The notes: generated by a model not told the origin, from the letters alone. 64,000 nucleotides of DNA from Candidatus Bathyarchaeia archaeon (GCA_049970895.1 JBMFMB010000003.1:1-64000), one strand, 5' to 3'; shown: positions 35,308 through 44,748, numbered from the stretch's first letter. A program made the numbers and translations.

Positions 35308-36159
35308 ATGCAAATTCAAGCTTCCATCGAAGCCGCCAAAATATGCCTAACAACATTTTTTCTACTTTACGCCTCTTGGAGCGACTATAAAACTCGCGAA
35401 GTAAGCAACAACGTCTGGATTTTATATGCACCGCCAGCTTTCGCCTTAACCTTCGCAGAACTTTTTCTTTTCGATTCTTCCATGTTCCCATATTATGGTT
35501 TGTGCTTCGCTTTAACATCAGCCTTCGCCATAATCCTCTTCTATGCTGGAGGTTTTGGCGGGGCAGACGCGAAGGCTTTGATGTGTCTTGCCTTGGCTTT
35601 ACCCTTCTATCCGTCTGAACTTCTAAAACCATTAGGTGAAGCTTCACCAATAACGAACCTTTTCTTTCCAGTTACAGTTTTCAGCAACTCAGTCATTTTG
35701 GCAGCCCTAACAGCCATATACCTAATATTCCATAACCTTTTATGGCGCCTAAAAACTGGCGACCCGCTTTTCGAGGGGAAACAGCGAGAAGAGTCAATAG
35801 GCAAAAAGATTTTGGTTTTGGTAACCGGCTACAAGATTCATTTTAAAAAGTTGAAGGAGAAATGGCACATATACCCCCTAGAAGACGTGGAAAATGCCGA
35901 GGAAGACGAAATTAAAAGGAAACTCTTGGTTTTGCCAAAGGATGAGGAAAGAGAAGCCATAGTCAAAAGGCTGGAAAAGGCTGTTGAGGCTGGAAAAATA
36001 CGCGGAAAAGTTTGGGCGACGCCTGGACTGCCAATGCTCATTTTCATGACAGCTGGTTTGGTCTTGGCATTGGTTTATGGAGATGTTGTTTGGGCATTGG
36101 TCCACTTTTTTATGGGGGATGAACGCTTCATAAGAGTTAATTCATTTTGGCAGCAATAA
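35308..36159 (+). CDS. prepilin peptidase (A24, PibD/FlaK-like)
   Basis: ASWSDYKTREV, FGGADAK, VWATPGLPM. Confidence 0.92.
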   Translation: MQIQASIEAAKICLTTFFLLYASWSDYKTREVSNNVWILYAPPAFALTFAELFLFDSSMFPYYGLCFALTSAFAIILFYAGGFGGADAKALMCLALALPFYPSELLKPLGEASPITNLFFPVTVFSNSVILAALTAIYLIFHNLLWRLKTGDPLFEGKQREESIGKKILVLVTGYKIHFKKLKEKWHIYPLEDVENAEEDEIKRKLLVLPKDEEREAIVKRLEKAVEAGKIRGKVWATPGLPMLIFMTAGLVLALVYGDVVWALVHFFMGDERFIRVNSFWQQ

Positions 36160-36183
36160 CTTTGGTTTAGGAAGGCGTGAAGC

Positions 36184-37293
36184 TTGCTGGACGAATATTT
36201 GGATGAGGTTAAGGATTTTTTAAAAAGCCAGCAGAGGGAAGCAGAAGTTGTTGTTATGCCAGACTTCTTCCTCGACAGATTCGTAAGCATAAACACAACC
36301 CCAGACCGCTTCTTCAGAACAGTTATGGAAGTCGTTGGAAGGAAGGGTGGAAGCATAGATGGAATAATCCAAAAAGAGTTTAGGGGCGGAAACGCCATAA
36401 ATACCGCAGCCGCCCTAGCAAACCTAGGCATGAAGGTTACGCCAATAGTTTGCACGGATAAGCTTGGGCTTCAACTCATCAAGTTTTATGTAAAATCGCC
36501 AAAAATAAGCCTCACCCACATAAAAATAGTGGAAAAGCCATCAATAACAACAGCCCTAGAGTTCGAAACAGCCGGTGGAAAAGCCAACGTCATGCTTAGG
36601 GATGTTGGCTCCCTAGTAGATTTTGGACCGCAAAACCTAGAAGCTGAAGACTTTGAGGCTATTGAGAGGGCTGACTGCACATGCGTTTTCAACTGGGCTG
36701 GAACAAGGAAATTTGGCACTGATCTGGCTGAAACGGTTTTCCGCTACTCCAAAACCTCGGGGAAGGGCAAAACCTACTTTGACCCTGCCGACCCAACCCC
36801 AAACAAAAGGAAAGCCAGAAAACTACTGGAAAATGTTCTGCAAAGCGACATGTTGGACGTTATAAGCCTAAACGAGAATGAGGCAGTTTTCTTCGCATCG
36901 CTTATAAAAGGTGAAGTTGAGGAACCGGCGAAAGGTTTGGGTTTTGAAGCGTTGGCCATGGAATCTGCGAAGTTTTTAGCTTCACGCTTTAGAGCTAGAA
37001 TAGACCTACACACAACAGAGTATTCCGCAACTTTTAACAGGAAAGCTGAGACGGTTGTTCCAGCCTTTCGTGTTCCTGTTTTGAGGGCAACTGGTGCTGG
37101 CGACGCTTGGAACGCTGGTAATATATTGGGAACGGTTTGTGGGTTGGCTGATGCTGTTAGGCTTACGTTAGCTAACGCTGTTGCAGCCTACTACATATCA
37201 AACCATGAGGGCAAACACCCCACTCGAAAAGAGCTTTCCAAGTTCTGCAATTGGCTTAAGGGTCAGTGGAAAACCAAAACAGATAAAAATTAG
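36184..37293 (+). CDS. PfkB family carbohydrate kinase
   Basis: GGNAINTA, SLNENEA, ATGAGDAWNAG. Confidence 0.9.
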   Translation: MLDEYLDEVKDFLKSQQREAEVVVMPDFFLDRFVSINTTPDRFFRTVMEVVGRKGGSIDGIIQKEFRGGNAINTAAALANLGMKVTPIVCTDKLGLQLIKFYVKSPKISLTHIKIVEKPSITTALEFETAGGKANVMLRDVGSLVDFGPQNLEAEDFEAIERADCTCVFNWAGTRKFGTDLAETVFRYSKTSGKGKTYFDPADPTPNKRKARKLLENVLQSDMLDVISLNENEAVFFASLIKGEVEEPAKGLGFEALAMESAKFLASRFRARIDLHTTEYSATFNRKAETVVPAFRVPVLRATGAGDAWNAGNILGTVCGLADAVRLTLANAVAAYYISNHEGKHPTRKELSKFCNWLKGQWKTKTDKN

Positions 37294-37328
37294 ATTGAGG
37301 CAAAGAGCATCAGCTCGGAGAACTTAAT

Positions 37329-37523
37329 ATGCCGACGGAAATCTTCGACATAGACAAGTTCGTTGAAATAAGCGAAAGAGCCGAATACTGCGCAGTTAAA
37401 CGCCTAAAAGATGTCGTGAAACTTAAACTCCGCACTCCAAGGATGCTATACACCCTTAAGGTTGAACCTTCAAAGGCTGAAGAGGTCATAAAGAAGCTCA
37501 GATGCGAAATCCGTGAAATATAG
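37329..37523 (+). CDS. rpl38e: 50S ribosomal protein L38e
   Basis: MPTEIFDIDKF..VKLKLRTPRMLYTLKV. Confidence 0.85.
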   Translation: MPTEIFDIDKFVEISERAEYCAVKRLKDVVKLKLRTPRMLYTLKVEPSKAEEVIKKLRCEIREI

Positions 37524-37529
37524 CAGAAT

Positions 37530-38324
37530 TTACCTTTTTAAATAGGCATGAATTCCGCTTTTTATGTCTAACAACGCTAGAGCGGCTTTAACCTTAAGCT
37601 CAAAAACCACATATTCATCTTCCACAAATAACGGTGTTCCATTTAACGCTTCCAAAACAATTTCAGGAGTCGCAGAATCCAAGTCGATGATGTCAACCTT
37701 ATCCTCGTCAACATTCAAGGCTTTTGCCACGTCTATAGCAAGTTCTCCCAAATCATATAGGTCATGGGGCTTCCCGAAGTATACGGAAATGTCATAATCG
37801 CCTTTCAAAGAATATCCTTTAGCTCTACCGCCAAACAAAAACGCCGCCTTAACCCTTCCCTTAAACACTTCCTGCAGATTTCTCTGCATTTCATCAACGG
37901 CTGGGGGGTCTATGGTTCTCCCCTTTAAGCCTTCCCTAAGGGTTTTAGCGATTCTAGGAGCGTCTTCCACAAGTCTGCTCGCCGAACTAATCAATATATT
38001 TTTGTCGACAATGGCGTAGGCGTGCACAAGGAGGTTCCTCATACCAGCCATGGACTTCAAAACTTTAGCATCCTTTTCGTCCAATAATCCTAGGTCTGCC
38101 AATAGAGTACCTATCTCCGAATATCCTTTAGGTGTTCTCCCACCTACGGCTGAAATTGCCATAATTCCCAAGTCCAGAAGCGCTTGTATTACTAGCTGAA
38201 CGAGTCTTTCTGTTCCCCTGTAACTTCTCTCGCTCTTTAACTCTTTTACAAGTTCCGTCAATTGGTTTACCTGCTGATCTACTCTCTCCATTATTTTCAA
38301 TCTTATCCCGACTTTCACGACCAC
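37530..38324 (-). CDS. HEPN (DUF86/HepT-like) and minimal nucleotidyltransferase fusion
   Basis: N-terminal ERLVQL..MRNLLVHAY (RX4HXY); C-terminal FLFGGRAKG..DYDISV..VDIIDL. Confidence 0.88.
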   Translation of the reverse strand: MVVKVGIRLKIMERVDQQVNQLTELVKELKSERSYRGTERLVQLVIQALLDLGIMAISAVGGRTPKGYSEIGTLLADLGLLDEKDAKVLKSMAGMRNLLVHAYAIVDKNILISSASRLVEDAPRIAKTLREGLKGRTIDPPAVDEMQRNLQEVFKGRVKAAFLFGGRAKGYSLKGDYDISVYFGKPHDLYDLGELAIDVAKALNVDEDKVDIIDLDSATPEIVLEALNGTPLFVEDEYVVFELKVKAALALLDIKSGIHAYLKR

Positions 38325-38362
38325 TAATTAATAATGCGCTCTAAGTTTTATTTATTTGCTGG

Positions 38363-39289
38363 CTATGCTGTGCTCATTACAACCTTTGCAAGGCGGATTG
38401 AGTCTTCAAGGCTTTTCATTATGGTGTTTGTTACAGTAACTTTTATTCCAAGCTCTTCTATGCGGCTTTTCTGCTCCTTGTCAGCTTCGTCGATTATGAA
38501 GTGTTTTAGGATTTTTCCATAAAATTTTGCCACACCGTAAGCTGATGGCTCATAGCCCATGCTTGCCATCACCCTGTCGGCTGGTCCTTTTAGGGCTTTT
38601 CCACCCACTATTGGGCTTATGCCCACTATCGGTGCTTTAGCGTTTTCCAGCGCCATTTTTATGGCTTTTATGGCTAGGATTGGAGCTATGCTTAAAATTG
38701 GGTTGCTTGGGCAGATTACTATGCGTTCCGCCTCCTCTATCGCCTGGATAACACCCGGTGATGGTTTCGCTTTCTCCGCTCTTTCAAAAATCACGCCTGT
38801 AACGTTGTCCATGGTTCCCCTTTTTACGAAGTATTCCTGGAATTCAAGGAGCATGTTGCCAGACCTAATCTTTGTTCGCACGGGATCATCGCTCATTGGT
38901 ATAAGATTGGCTTCAACTCCAAACATTTTGCACAATTTTGCCGTGGCTTGCGAGAGCGCCATGCCTTCCCTCAACATTTTTGTCCTTATTATGTGGGTAG
39001 CCAAGTCCTTGTCTCCAAGGCGGAACCATGTTTCAAATCCTAGGCGTCCCAGCATTTCGAGGCAGTTAAAGGTGTCATTGGCTACTCCCCAGCCTTTTGT
39101 TTCGTCCACCACGCCCGCAAGCGTGTACATTATTATGTCCAGGTCTGGGCTTATGTGAAGCCCGTAGAGCTCTATGTCGTCGCCAACGTTGCCAATTATG
39201 AAGAGGTTTTTCGGTGGAACCACTTTCACAAGTCCTCTAATGAGTTTTGCTGCTCCAACACCGCCAGCCAGAGCCACAACATTGCCCAT
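38363..39289 (-). CDS. cofD: 2-phospho-L-lactate transferase CofD/FbiA
   Basis: LAGGVGAAK, NVGDD, SPDLD, WFRLGDKD, FQEYFV, PSNP, KGPAD. Confidence 0.95.
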   Translation of the reverse strand: MGNVVALAGGVGAAKLIRGLVKVVPPKNLFIIGNVGDDIELYGLHISPDLDIIMYTLAGVVDETKGWGVANDTFNCLEMLGRLGFETWFRLGDKDLATHIIRTKMLREGMALSQATAKLCKMFGVEANLIPMSDDPVRTKIRSGNMLLEFQEYFVKRGTMDNVTGVIFERAEKAKPSPGVIQAIEEAERIVICPSNPILSIAPILAIKAIKMALENAKAPIVGISPIVGGKALKGPADRVMASMGYEPSAYGVAKFYGKILKHFIIDEADKEQKSRIEELGIKVTVTNTIMKSLEDSIRLAKVVMSTA

Positions 39290-39346
39290 GAAACCACACC
39301 CTATATTAATTGGCTTTCAACTCATAAAAGTGCTTGTAAAGGTGTC

Positions 39347-39991
39347 ATGAATTTGGATGCGGTTGAGCTTATTAAGACTAGGCGGAGCATCCGCAAGTTT
39401 AAGCCAACCAAAGTTTCCCGCGAAGTTATAAGCACCATATTGGATTTGGCTAGGTGGGCTCCTTCAGCGCATAATTCCCAGCCTTGGCGCATAATAATTA
39501 TAGATGATGATGCTGTGAAGGAGAGGCTTGCCACATTAATGGGGAAGGCTTGGCTTTCAGATATGCTTAAGGACGGCGTCCCAAAAAGCAAAGCAGAAGA
39601 AATTGTTAGGGCTGAGAGTTGGCAACGGATAACGGAAAGCCCAGTAGTCCTCATAGCTTGCCTAACAATGGAGGACATGCACAAATATCCAGATAGAAGG
39701 CGGCGGAAGGCGGAGTATTTGATAGGCGTCCAAAGTGTTGCAGCCTACATTCAGAATCTGCTTCTTTTGGCGCATTATTATGGGCTTGGAGCATGCTGGG
39801 TTTGTGCGCCCCTATTTTGCCAAAACGCTGTGAGAAAAGCGTTAGGCTTACCCAGTGAAATTGAACCTCAAGCAATGGTCATTATGGGATATGCAGCCGA
39901 GAACCCAGAGTCTCCGCCTAGGAAGCCTTTGGAGGCGTTTTCCAAATTCAATTTTTGGACAAGGCGGAGAACAAAAGAGAGGGAATGTTAG
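39347..39991 (+). CDS. nitroreductase-family FMN protein, FbiB C-terminal-like
   Basis: RRSIRKF, WAPSAHNSQPW, QSVAAYIQNLLL, GLGACWVCAPLF; ATG at 39347 after GGTG. Confidence 0.85.
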   Translation: MNLDAVELIKTRRSIRKFKPTKVSREVISTILDLARWAPSAHNSQPWRIIIIDDDAVKERLATLMGKAWLSDMLKDGVPKSKAEEIVRAESWQRITESPVVLIACLTMEDMHKYPDRRRRKAEYLIGVQSVAAYIQNLLLLAHYYGLGACWVCAPLFCQNAVRKALGLPSEIEPQAMVIMGYAAENPESPPRKPLEAFSKFNFWTRRRTKEREC

Positions 39992-40007
39992 CAGTTTAAA
40001 TGCTATT

Positions 40008-40733
40008 CTATTTCCTAAACTTTTGAAGCCTCGTCAAGAGTTCTTTGTCGCCTTCATAGTCTCCGGCGCATGTTGCTATTACGCCATCCACCAAACCCTC
40101 AAGTTTTGATGCTGTTTCCTCAACTTTTTCCATGGTTGTTGTTACTGGCCAACCAATTAATTTGACCATTTCCGCGTTTTTGGGGGTTCCGACTAGGAAG
40201 TATGTGTATACGGGCTTGTTTAGACGTTTGCACTCCTTTGCCACCTGCTCCAGTGCTGGGAAGGTTTTGTCTTCAAGCCTCATGAAGAAGACGAAGTCCC
40301 ATGGCTCCTTTACCCTTGCTACGCTTTCCTCGATGGTTCTGCGTGCAGTTAGTAGGCATCCTAGTTTAACGTTTTTTAGGCGTATTGTTGTGCGTAGAAA
40401 GTCTCGCGCCTCCTCTGAAGACTTAAACATCTTTATCGGCTCGCCATATTTTGGTATATCTCCCATGGTGATTACAAGTCCATCCAAGCCAACGGCGTCG
40501 GCAGCCAAAGCTAAGCCTCCCACTTCTACGGGTCCCTTGTAGTGGAGTATGAATATTGGTATGACAATCTTGTCTGGATATTTGGTTTTGAGGACGCAGC
40601 CCACCGCTGTGCCGCTGGGCGCCGGCATCCCAGCAGCACTGTCAGTTATGTTCCAACCGTCAACAAGGTCTTTAACTTCCTCTGCAAGCTTCAAAAATTT
40701 GCGTGTGGGGACAAACTCGTGCAATATTTTCAT
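40008..40733 (-). CDS. divergent MetF/MTHFR-like FAD TIM-barrel protein
   Basis: HEFVP, DGWNITDSAAG, GLVITMGD, resembling MTHFR E..P, NITD, L.LTGD. Confidence 0.6.
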   Translation of the reverse strand: MKILHEFVPTRKFLKLAEEVKDLVDGWNITDSAAGMPAPSGTAVGCVLKTKYPDKIVIPIFILHYKGPVEVGGLALAADAVGLDGLVITMGDIPKYGEPIKMFKSSEEARDFLRTTIRLKNVKLGCLLTARRTIEESVARVKEPWDFVFFMRLEDKTFPALEQVAKECKRLNKPVYTYFLVGTPKNAEMVKLIGWPVTTTMEKVEETASKLEGLVDGVIATCAGDYEGDKELLTRLQKFRK

Positions 40734-40886
40734 TGAAACTCATCTCGCCCTTTTAAAGAGAACAAATTTAGCATTAAAAATTTTTGCATACAAAACGCCG
40801 AAACTATGATTTAAAACATGCTTTACGCTTGAAGGGGCGAAATTGTAAAGAGCATCACCAAGTATAACATTGTTCGTGAACGCGGT

Positions 40887-41645
40887 ATGAATATAATCCA
40901 AATAATAGGTGTTGAAGGCTTGCCAATTATAAAGGCTGGAGATAACCTTGCTGAGCTCATTTGCAAGGCTGCTGAACGCCAAGGAACGCCAATACAGGAC
41001 GGCGACATAATAGTCATAACGCATGTTGTTGTTTCAAGGGCTGAGGGTCGTGTTGTAAATTTGGATGAGGTTACACCCTCGCCTTTTGCGAAAACGGTTG
41101 CTGAGCTTTATGGGAAGGACCCGGCTATGGTTGAGGTTGTCCTTAGGGAGGCGAAAAGCATTAGGCGCATGGCTGACGGGAAAATAATAACCGAGACAAG
41201 GCATGGGTTTGTTTGTGCTAACTCCGGAGTTGACAAGTCTAATGTTCCGGGGGAACGCTTTGTGGCTTTACTTCCCGAAGACCCTGATGCTTCCGCTGCT
41301 AGGATTAGGCATGAAATAAAGCGTTTAACGGGCTGTGATGTGGCTGTCATAATTTCGGATACTCATGGCAGACCCCTAAGGGAAGGCGAAATAAATGTGG
41401 CTGTTGGTGTTTCGGGCTTAAAACCAATAAGGGACCGCCGGGGCGAGAAGGACTTGTTTGGCTATGTTTTGCGGGTTAAGCAGACAGCCGTTGCAGACGA
41501 GCTTTCTTCAGCGGCTGAGCTTGTTATTGGGCAGGCGGATGAGGGTGTTCCAGTGGCTATCATCCGCGGCTACAAGTACATAAAATCTGAGGATGCGAGG
41601 GCTACTGAGCTTATAAGACCGAGGGAGAAAGACCTTTTTCTTTAA
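40887..41645 (+). CDS. cofE: coenzyme F420-0:L-glutamate ligase, copy 2
   Basis: VSRAEG, CANSGVDKSN, SDTHGRPLREG, ADELSSAAELVIGQ, DLF. Confidence 0.92.
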   Translation: MNIIQIIGVEGLPIIKAGDNLAELICKAAERQGTPIQDGDIIVITHVVVSRAEGRVVNLDEVTPSPFAKTVAELYGKDPAMVEVVLREAKSIRRMADGKIITETRHGFVCANSGVDKSNVPGERFVALLPEDPDASAARIRHEIKRLTGCDVAVIISDTHGRPLREGEINVAVGVSGLKPIRDRRGEKDLFGYVLRVKQTAVADELSSAAELVIGQADEGVPVAIIRGYKYIKSEDARATELIRPREKDLFL

Positions 41646-42649
41646 TGGGGGGCTGCTTGGTGTCTGGCAAAGTCGTTTCTCTTAGGGAGGTTGAAAGCCT
41701 AGAAGTAATATGCCTAATGGACAACTGTGTTGATTTCACGTCTTCCATCAGCCGCCGAGAAGTTCAAGGCGTTAGAAGTTGGGTTGAAAAGCGCATGGGG
41801 AAAGATTGGGTTAAAAAGAATTTTTGTCTGCCGATAGCTGAGCATGGCTTGTCAATGCTTGTTACAGTAGCTTGCAACGGGAAGCAGCACAGCGTGCTTT
41901 TTGACACTGGTGTAAGTCCGGAAGGGGCTGTTTTAAATGCACGTGGTATGGGCATAAATTTGGGACAAATTGAGGCTGTTGTCTTGTCTCATGGGCATTA
42001 CGACCATTTTGGCGGACTTTTAAGCTTTGTTAGGGCTGTTGGTAGGGCTGACATGCCAATAATAGTTCATGAAGATATGTTCAAGACGAGAGGTGTAGCC
42101 TCCATGGATGGCTCTGTTAGGCGATATCCAGAATTCCCCCAAGAGACGCAAATTCGCCCAGCAAAATACGTGAAGACAAAGGAGCCTTACCTACTGGCTG
42201 ACGGCGCGTTACTTGTAACTGGCGAAATTCCAAGAGAAATGGATTTCGAGAAGGGCTATACGCAACATCGAGCCCTTGTTGATGGCAAGTGGCAGCCAGA
42301 CCCATGGGTTTGGGATGACCGTGCACTGGTTGCCCACGTCAAAAACAAGGGGCTTGTCATATTGTCTGGGTGCGCCCACGCTGGAATAGTTAACACTGTA
42401 CTTTATGCCAGAAAAATAACTGGAATTGAGAGGGTTCACGCCATTATTGGCGGTTTCCACTTGTCTGGGAGGGACTGTGAGGAGCGGATAGGCAAGACTG
42501 TGGATATGCTTAAACATTTTAAGCCTGAATTGATTGCGCCCATGCATTGTACTGGTTGGAGGGGTGCCTTTGCAATCGCAAGTGCCATGCCGGAAGCCTT
42601 TGTCTGGAATAGCGTTGGGAACCTATACACTTTTGAGTTTGGCGTTTAG
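41645..42649 (+). CDS. MBL-fold hydrolase, COG1237-like (pterin cofactor-related family)
   Basis: AEHGLS, LFDTG, SHGHYDHFGG, SGCAHAG, GGFHL, PMHCTG. Confidence 0.85.
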   Translation: MGGCLVSGKVVSLREVESLEVICLMDNCVDFTSSISRREVQGVRSWVEKRMGKDWVKKNFCLPIAEHGLSMLVTVACNGKQHSVLFDTGVSPEGAVLNARGMGINLGQIEAVVLSHGHYDHFGGLLSFVRAVGRADMPIIVHEDMFKTRGVASMDGSVRRYPEFPQETQIRPAKYVKTKEPYLLADGALLVTGEIPREMDFEKGYTQHRALVDGKWQPDPWVWDDRALVAHVKNKGLVILSGCAHAGIVNTVLYARKITGIERVHAIIGGFHLSGRDCEERIGKTVDMLKHFKPELIAPMHCTGWRGAFAIASAMPEAFVWNSVGNLYTFEFGV

Positions 42650-42740
42650 TTTTAGGCTTGTGATTTGTTTTCTTGGAAGCTAAAAATTTAAAAGTGAGGT
42701 TTTGAAAATAAAGCATTCCAAAATTGTGAGTTGAGATTCG

Positions 42741-43787
42741 TTGATAAGGGAGAAAAGACAAACTCCATTCTTTAAAAAGAAGCTTGAGCCGATAGAAGTT
42801 AAAGTTCCAAAGAAAATCTCGGAACTGCTTGCTGAAATGGCTAAAACTGGTTTTCAAGGCAGAAAACTTGGCGAATTAGTGGAAGTATGGGAGGAAATGC
42901 TCAAAGACGACGTTGTAATCTTTTTCGGGTTTGCCGGCTCCATGAGCACCACGGGACAGTGGAAAATTGTCAATTGGCTTATTGAACACCACTTCATAGA
43001 CGTTATAGTTTCCACAGGCGCTAATATTTCAGAAGACATTTTAGAAGCCATGGGCGGCACTTATTGGCAAGGGCATCACATGGTGGACGACCACCAGCTT
43101 TTAGAGTATAAAATTGACCGCTTCTATGACGTTTTTGCAGATGAGCTTGAATACCGTCAAATGGAAAGCCTCATCGCCAACTTCATGAAAAAGCTTAGTC
43201 CAAACCGCAAATATTCTTCGGCTGAATTTCTATACTTGTTTGGGAAAGAGCTTTCCCAGATGGGGATTAAAAGCATAGTTGCAACAGCCTACGAGAACAA
43301 GGTGCCAGTCTTCTGTCCAGCCATAGTTGACAGTGGCTATGGAATCGCTTATCTCCTAAACAGAAAGCTTGAAAGCAACTTTGACATAACCGTCGACCAG
43401 ATGCGGGATTTTGAACAGCTTGTGGACATAAAAGCTAAGGCAGCTCCGGAAAGCGGCGTAGTCTACATTGGCGGCGGAGTGCCAAAAGACTTCATCCAAC
43501 TAACCACTGTGGGAAGAAGCCTAACAGAATCTAGGAAATATGAGAGGACATATCCGCATAAGTATGCCATACAGATTACGACCGATGCTCCACATTGGGG
43601 AGGGCTTTCTGGCTGCACTTTCGAGGAGGCTATAAGCTGGGGCAAAGAAGCAAAAGAAGGGCGGAATGTGCAGTGCTACTGCGATGCTACAATAGCCTTG
43701 CCAATAATTGTTCACGCCTTGGCGGAAAAGGTTGATAAGAGGGCGAAGGTTCCAGACTTGTCTTGGCTGTTTAAGGGCTTAGAATAG
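42741..43787 (+). CDS. deoxyhypusine synthase-like protein, divergent or homospermidine synthase-like type
   Basis: STGANI, GGGVPKDF, TTDAPHWGGLSGCTFEEAISWGK. Confidence 0.85.
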   Translation: MIREKRQTPFFKKKLEPIEVKVPKKISELLAEMAKTGFQGRKLGELVEVWEEMLKDDVVIFFGFAGSMSTTGQWKIVNWLIEHHFIDVIVSTGANISEDILEAMGGTYWQGHHMVDDHQLLEYKIDRFYDVFADELEYRQMESLIANFMKKLSPNRKYSSAEFLYLFGKELSQMGIKSIVATAYENKVPVFCPAIVDSGYGIAYLLNRKLESNFDITVDQMRDFEQLVDIKAKAAPESGVVYIGGGVPKDFIQLTTVGRSLTESRKYERTYPHKYAIQITTDAPHWGGLSGCTFEEAISWGKEAKEGRNVQCYCDATIALPIIVHALAEKVDKRAKVPDLSWLFKGLE

Positions 43788-43803
43788 TCTATCGGCGTGT
43801 CCG

Positions 43804-44736
43804 ATGGAGAAAGTGAAAGACTTTGAAGTTTCGAAGGGTGCTTCCGCAGACGCCATTATCCGGCAGATGCTTGAAAGCGGAGGCTTCACAGCCAAAAACC
43901 TCGCTGTTGGCGTCGAAATCCTCGAGGCGATGCTGAAAGAACGAGAAATCCTCAACTTCCTCTCTTTCCCCGCCTGTATTATCGCCACTGGCACGAGGGG
44001 TATAATCCGCGACATGGTTAAACAAAAATGGTTCCATGTTCTGATCACAACTTGCGGCACTTTGGACCACGATTTAGCACGCTGCTACCGAGACTATTAC
44101 CATGGCGATTTTTACATAGATGACAGAGAACTGCACCGGAAAGGCATAAGCCGAATAGGCAACGTGCTGGTGCCAAACACTTCCTATGGCGAAATCATCG
44201 AAGAGAAAATGATGGAATTCTTGAAAAGTATATATGCAGAGGGCAAACGTGAACTAGCCACATACGAGCTTTGCTGGGAAATTGGCAAACGCCTCAACGA
44301 AAACTCAGTATTACATTGGTGCTGGAAAAACCGCATACCCGTAATAGTACCAGGCATAACAGATGGGGCTGTTGGCTACCAGTTGTGGATGTTCAGCCAA
44401 GACCACAAAGACCTAAAAATAAACGTGCTCAAAGACGAGCAACTCCTAAACGACATGGTCTGGCAAGCCAAAAAATCCGGCGCCCTAATTATAGGCGGAG
44501 GAATATCAAAACACCACGTGCTATGGTGGAACCTATTCAAGAAGGGCTTGGACTACGCGGTTTACATAACAACAGCCGTCGAATACGACGGAAGCCTATC
44601 TGGAGCCAGACCCCGCGAAGCAATATCATGGGGAAAAATCCGCGAGAAAGCAAAAACGGTAACCATAGAGGCAGACGCCACAATAGCCCTACCAATAATG
44701 TATGCAGCTATTCTCGAAAGGATACAGCACATTTGA
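43804..44736 (+). CDS. dys: deoxyhypusine synthase, canonical archaeal type
   Basis: GGGISKHH, YITTAVEYDGSLSGARPREAISWGK. Confidence 0.92.
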   Translation: MEKVKDFEVSKGASADAIIRQMLESGGFTAKNLAVGVEILEAMLKEREILNFLSFPACIIATGTRGIIRDMVKQKWFHVLITTCGTLDHDLARCYRDYYHGDFYIDDRELHRKGISRIGNVLVPNTSYGEIIEEKMMEFLKSIYAEGKRELATYELCWEIGKRLNENSVLHWCWKNRIPVIVPGITDGAVGYQLWMFSQDHKDLKINVLKDEQLLNDMVWQAKKSGALIIGGGISKHHVLWWNLFKKGLDYAVYITTAVEYDGSLSGARPREAISWGKIREKAKTVTIEADATIALPIMYAAILERIQHI

Positions 44737-44748
44737 GGCGAGTAACAC

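Noticed and set aside
27578-36159. Archaellum operon
   Set aside because: No FlaH, FlaF/G or archaellin-type sequences.
39155-39346. N-terminal extension of the nitroreductase ORF
   Set aside because: Overlaps cofD antisense; ATG 39347 has an RBS and matches the family start.
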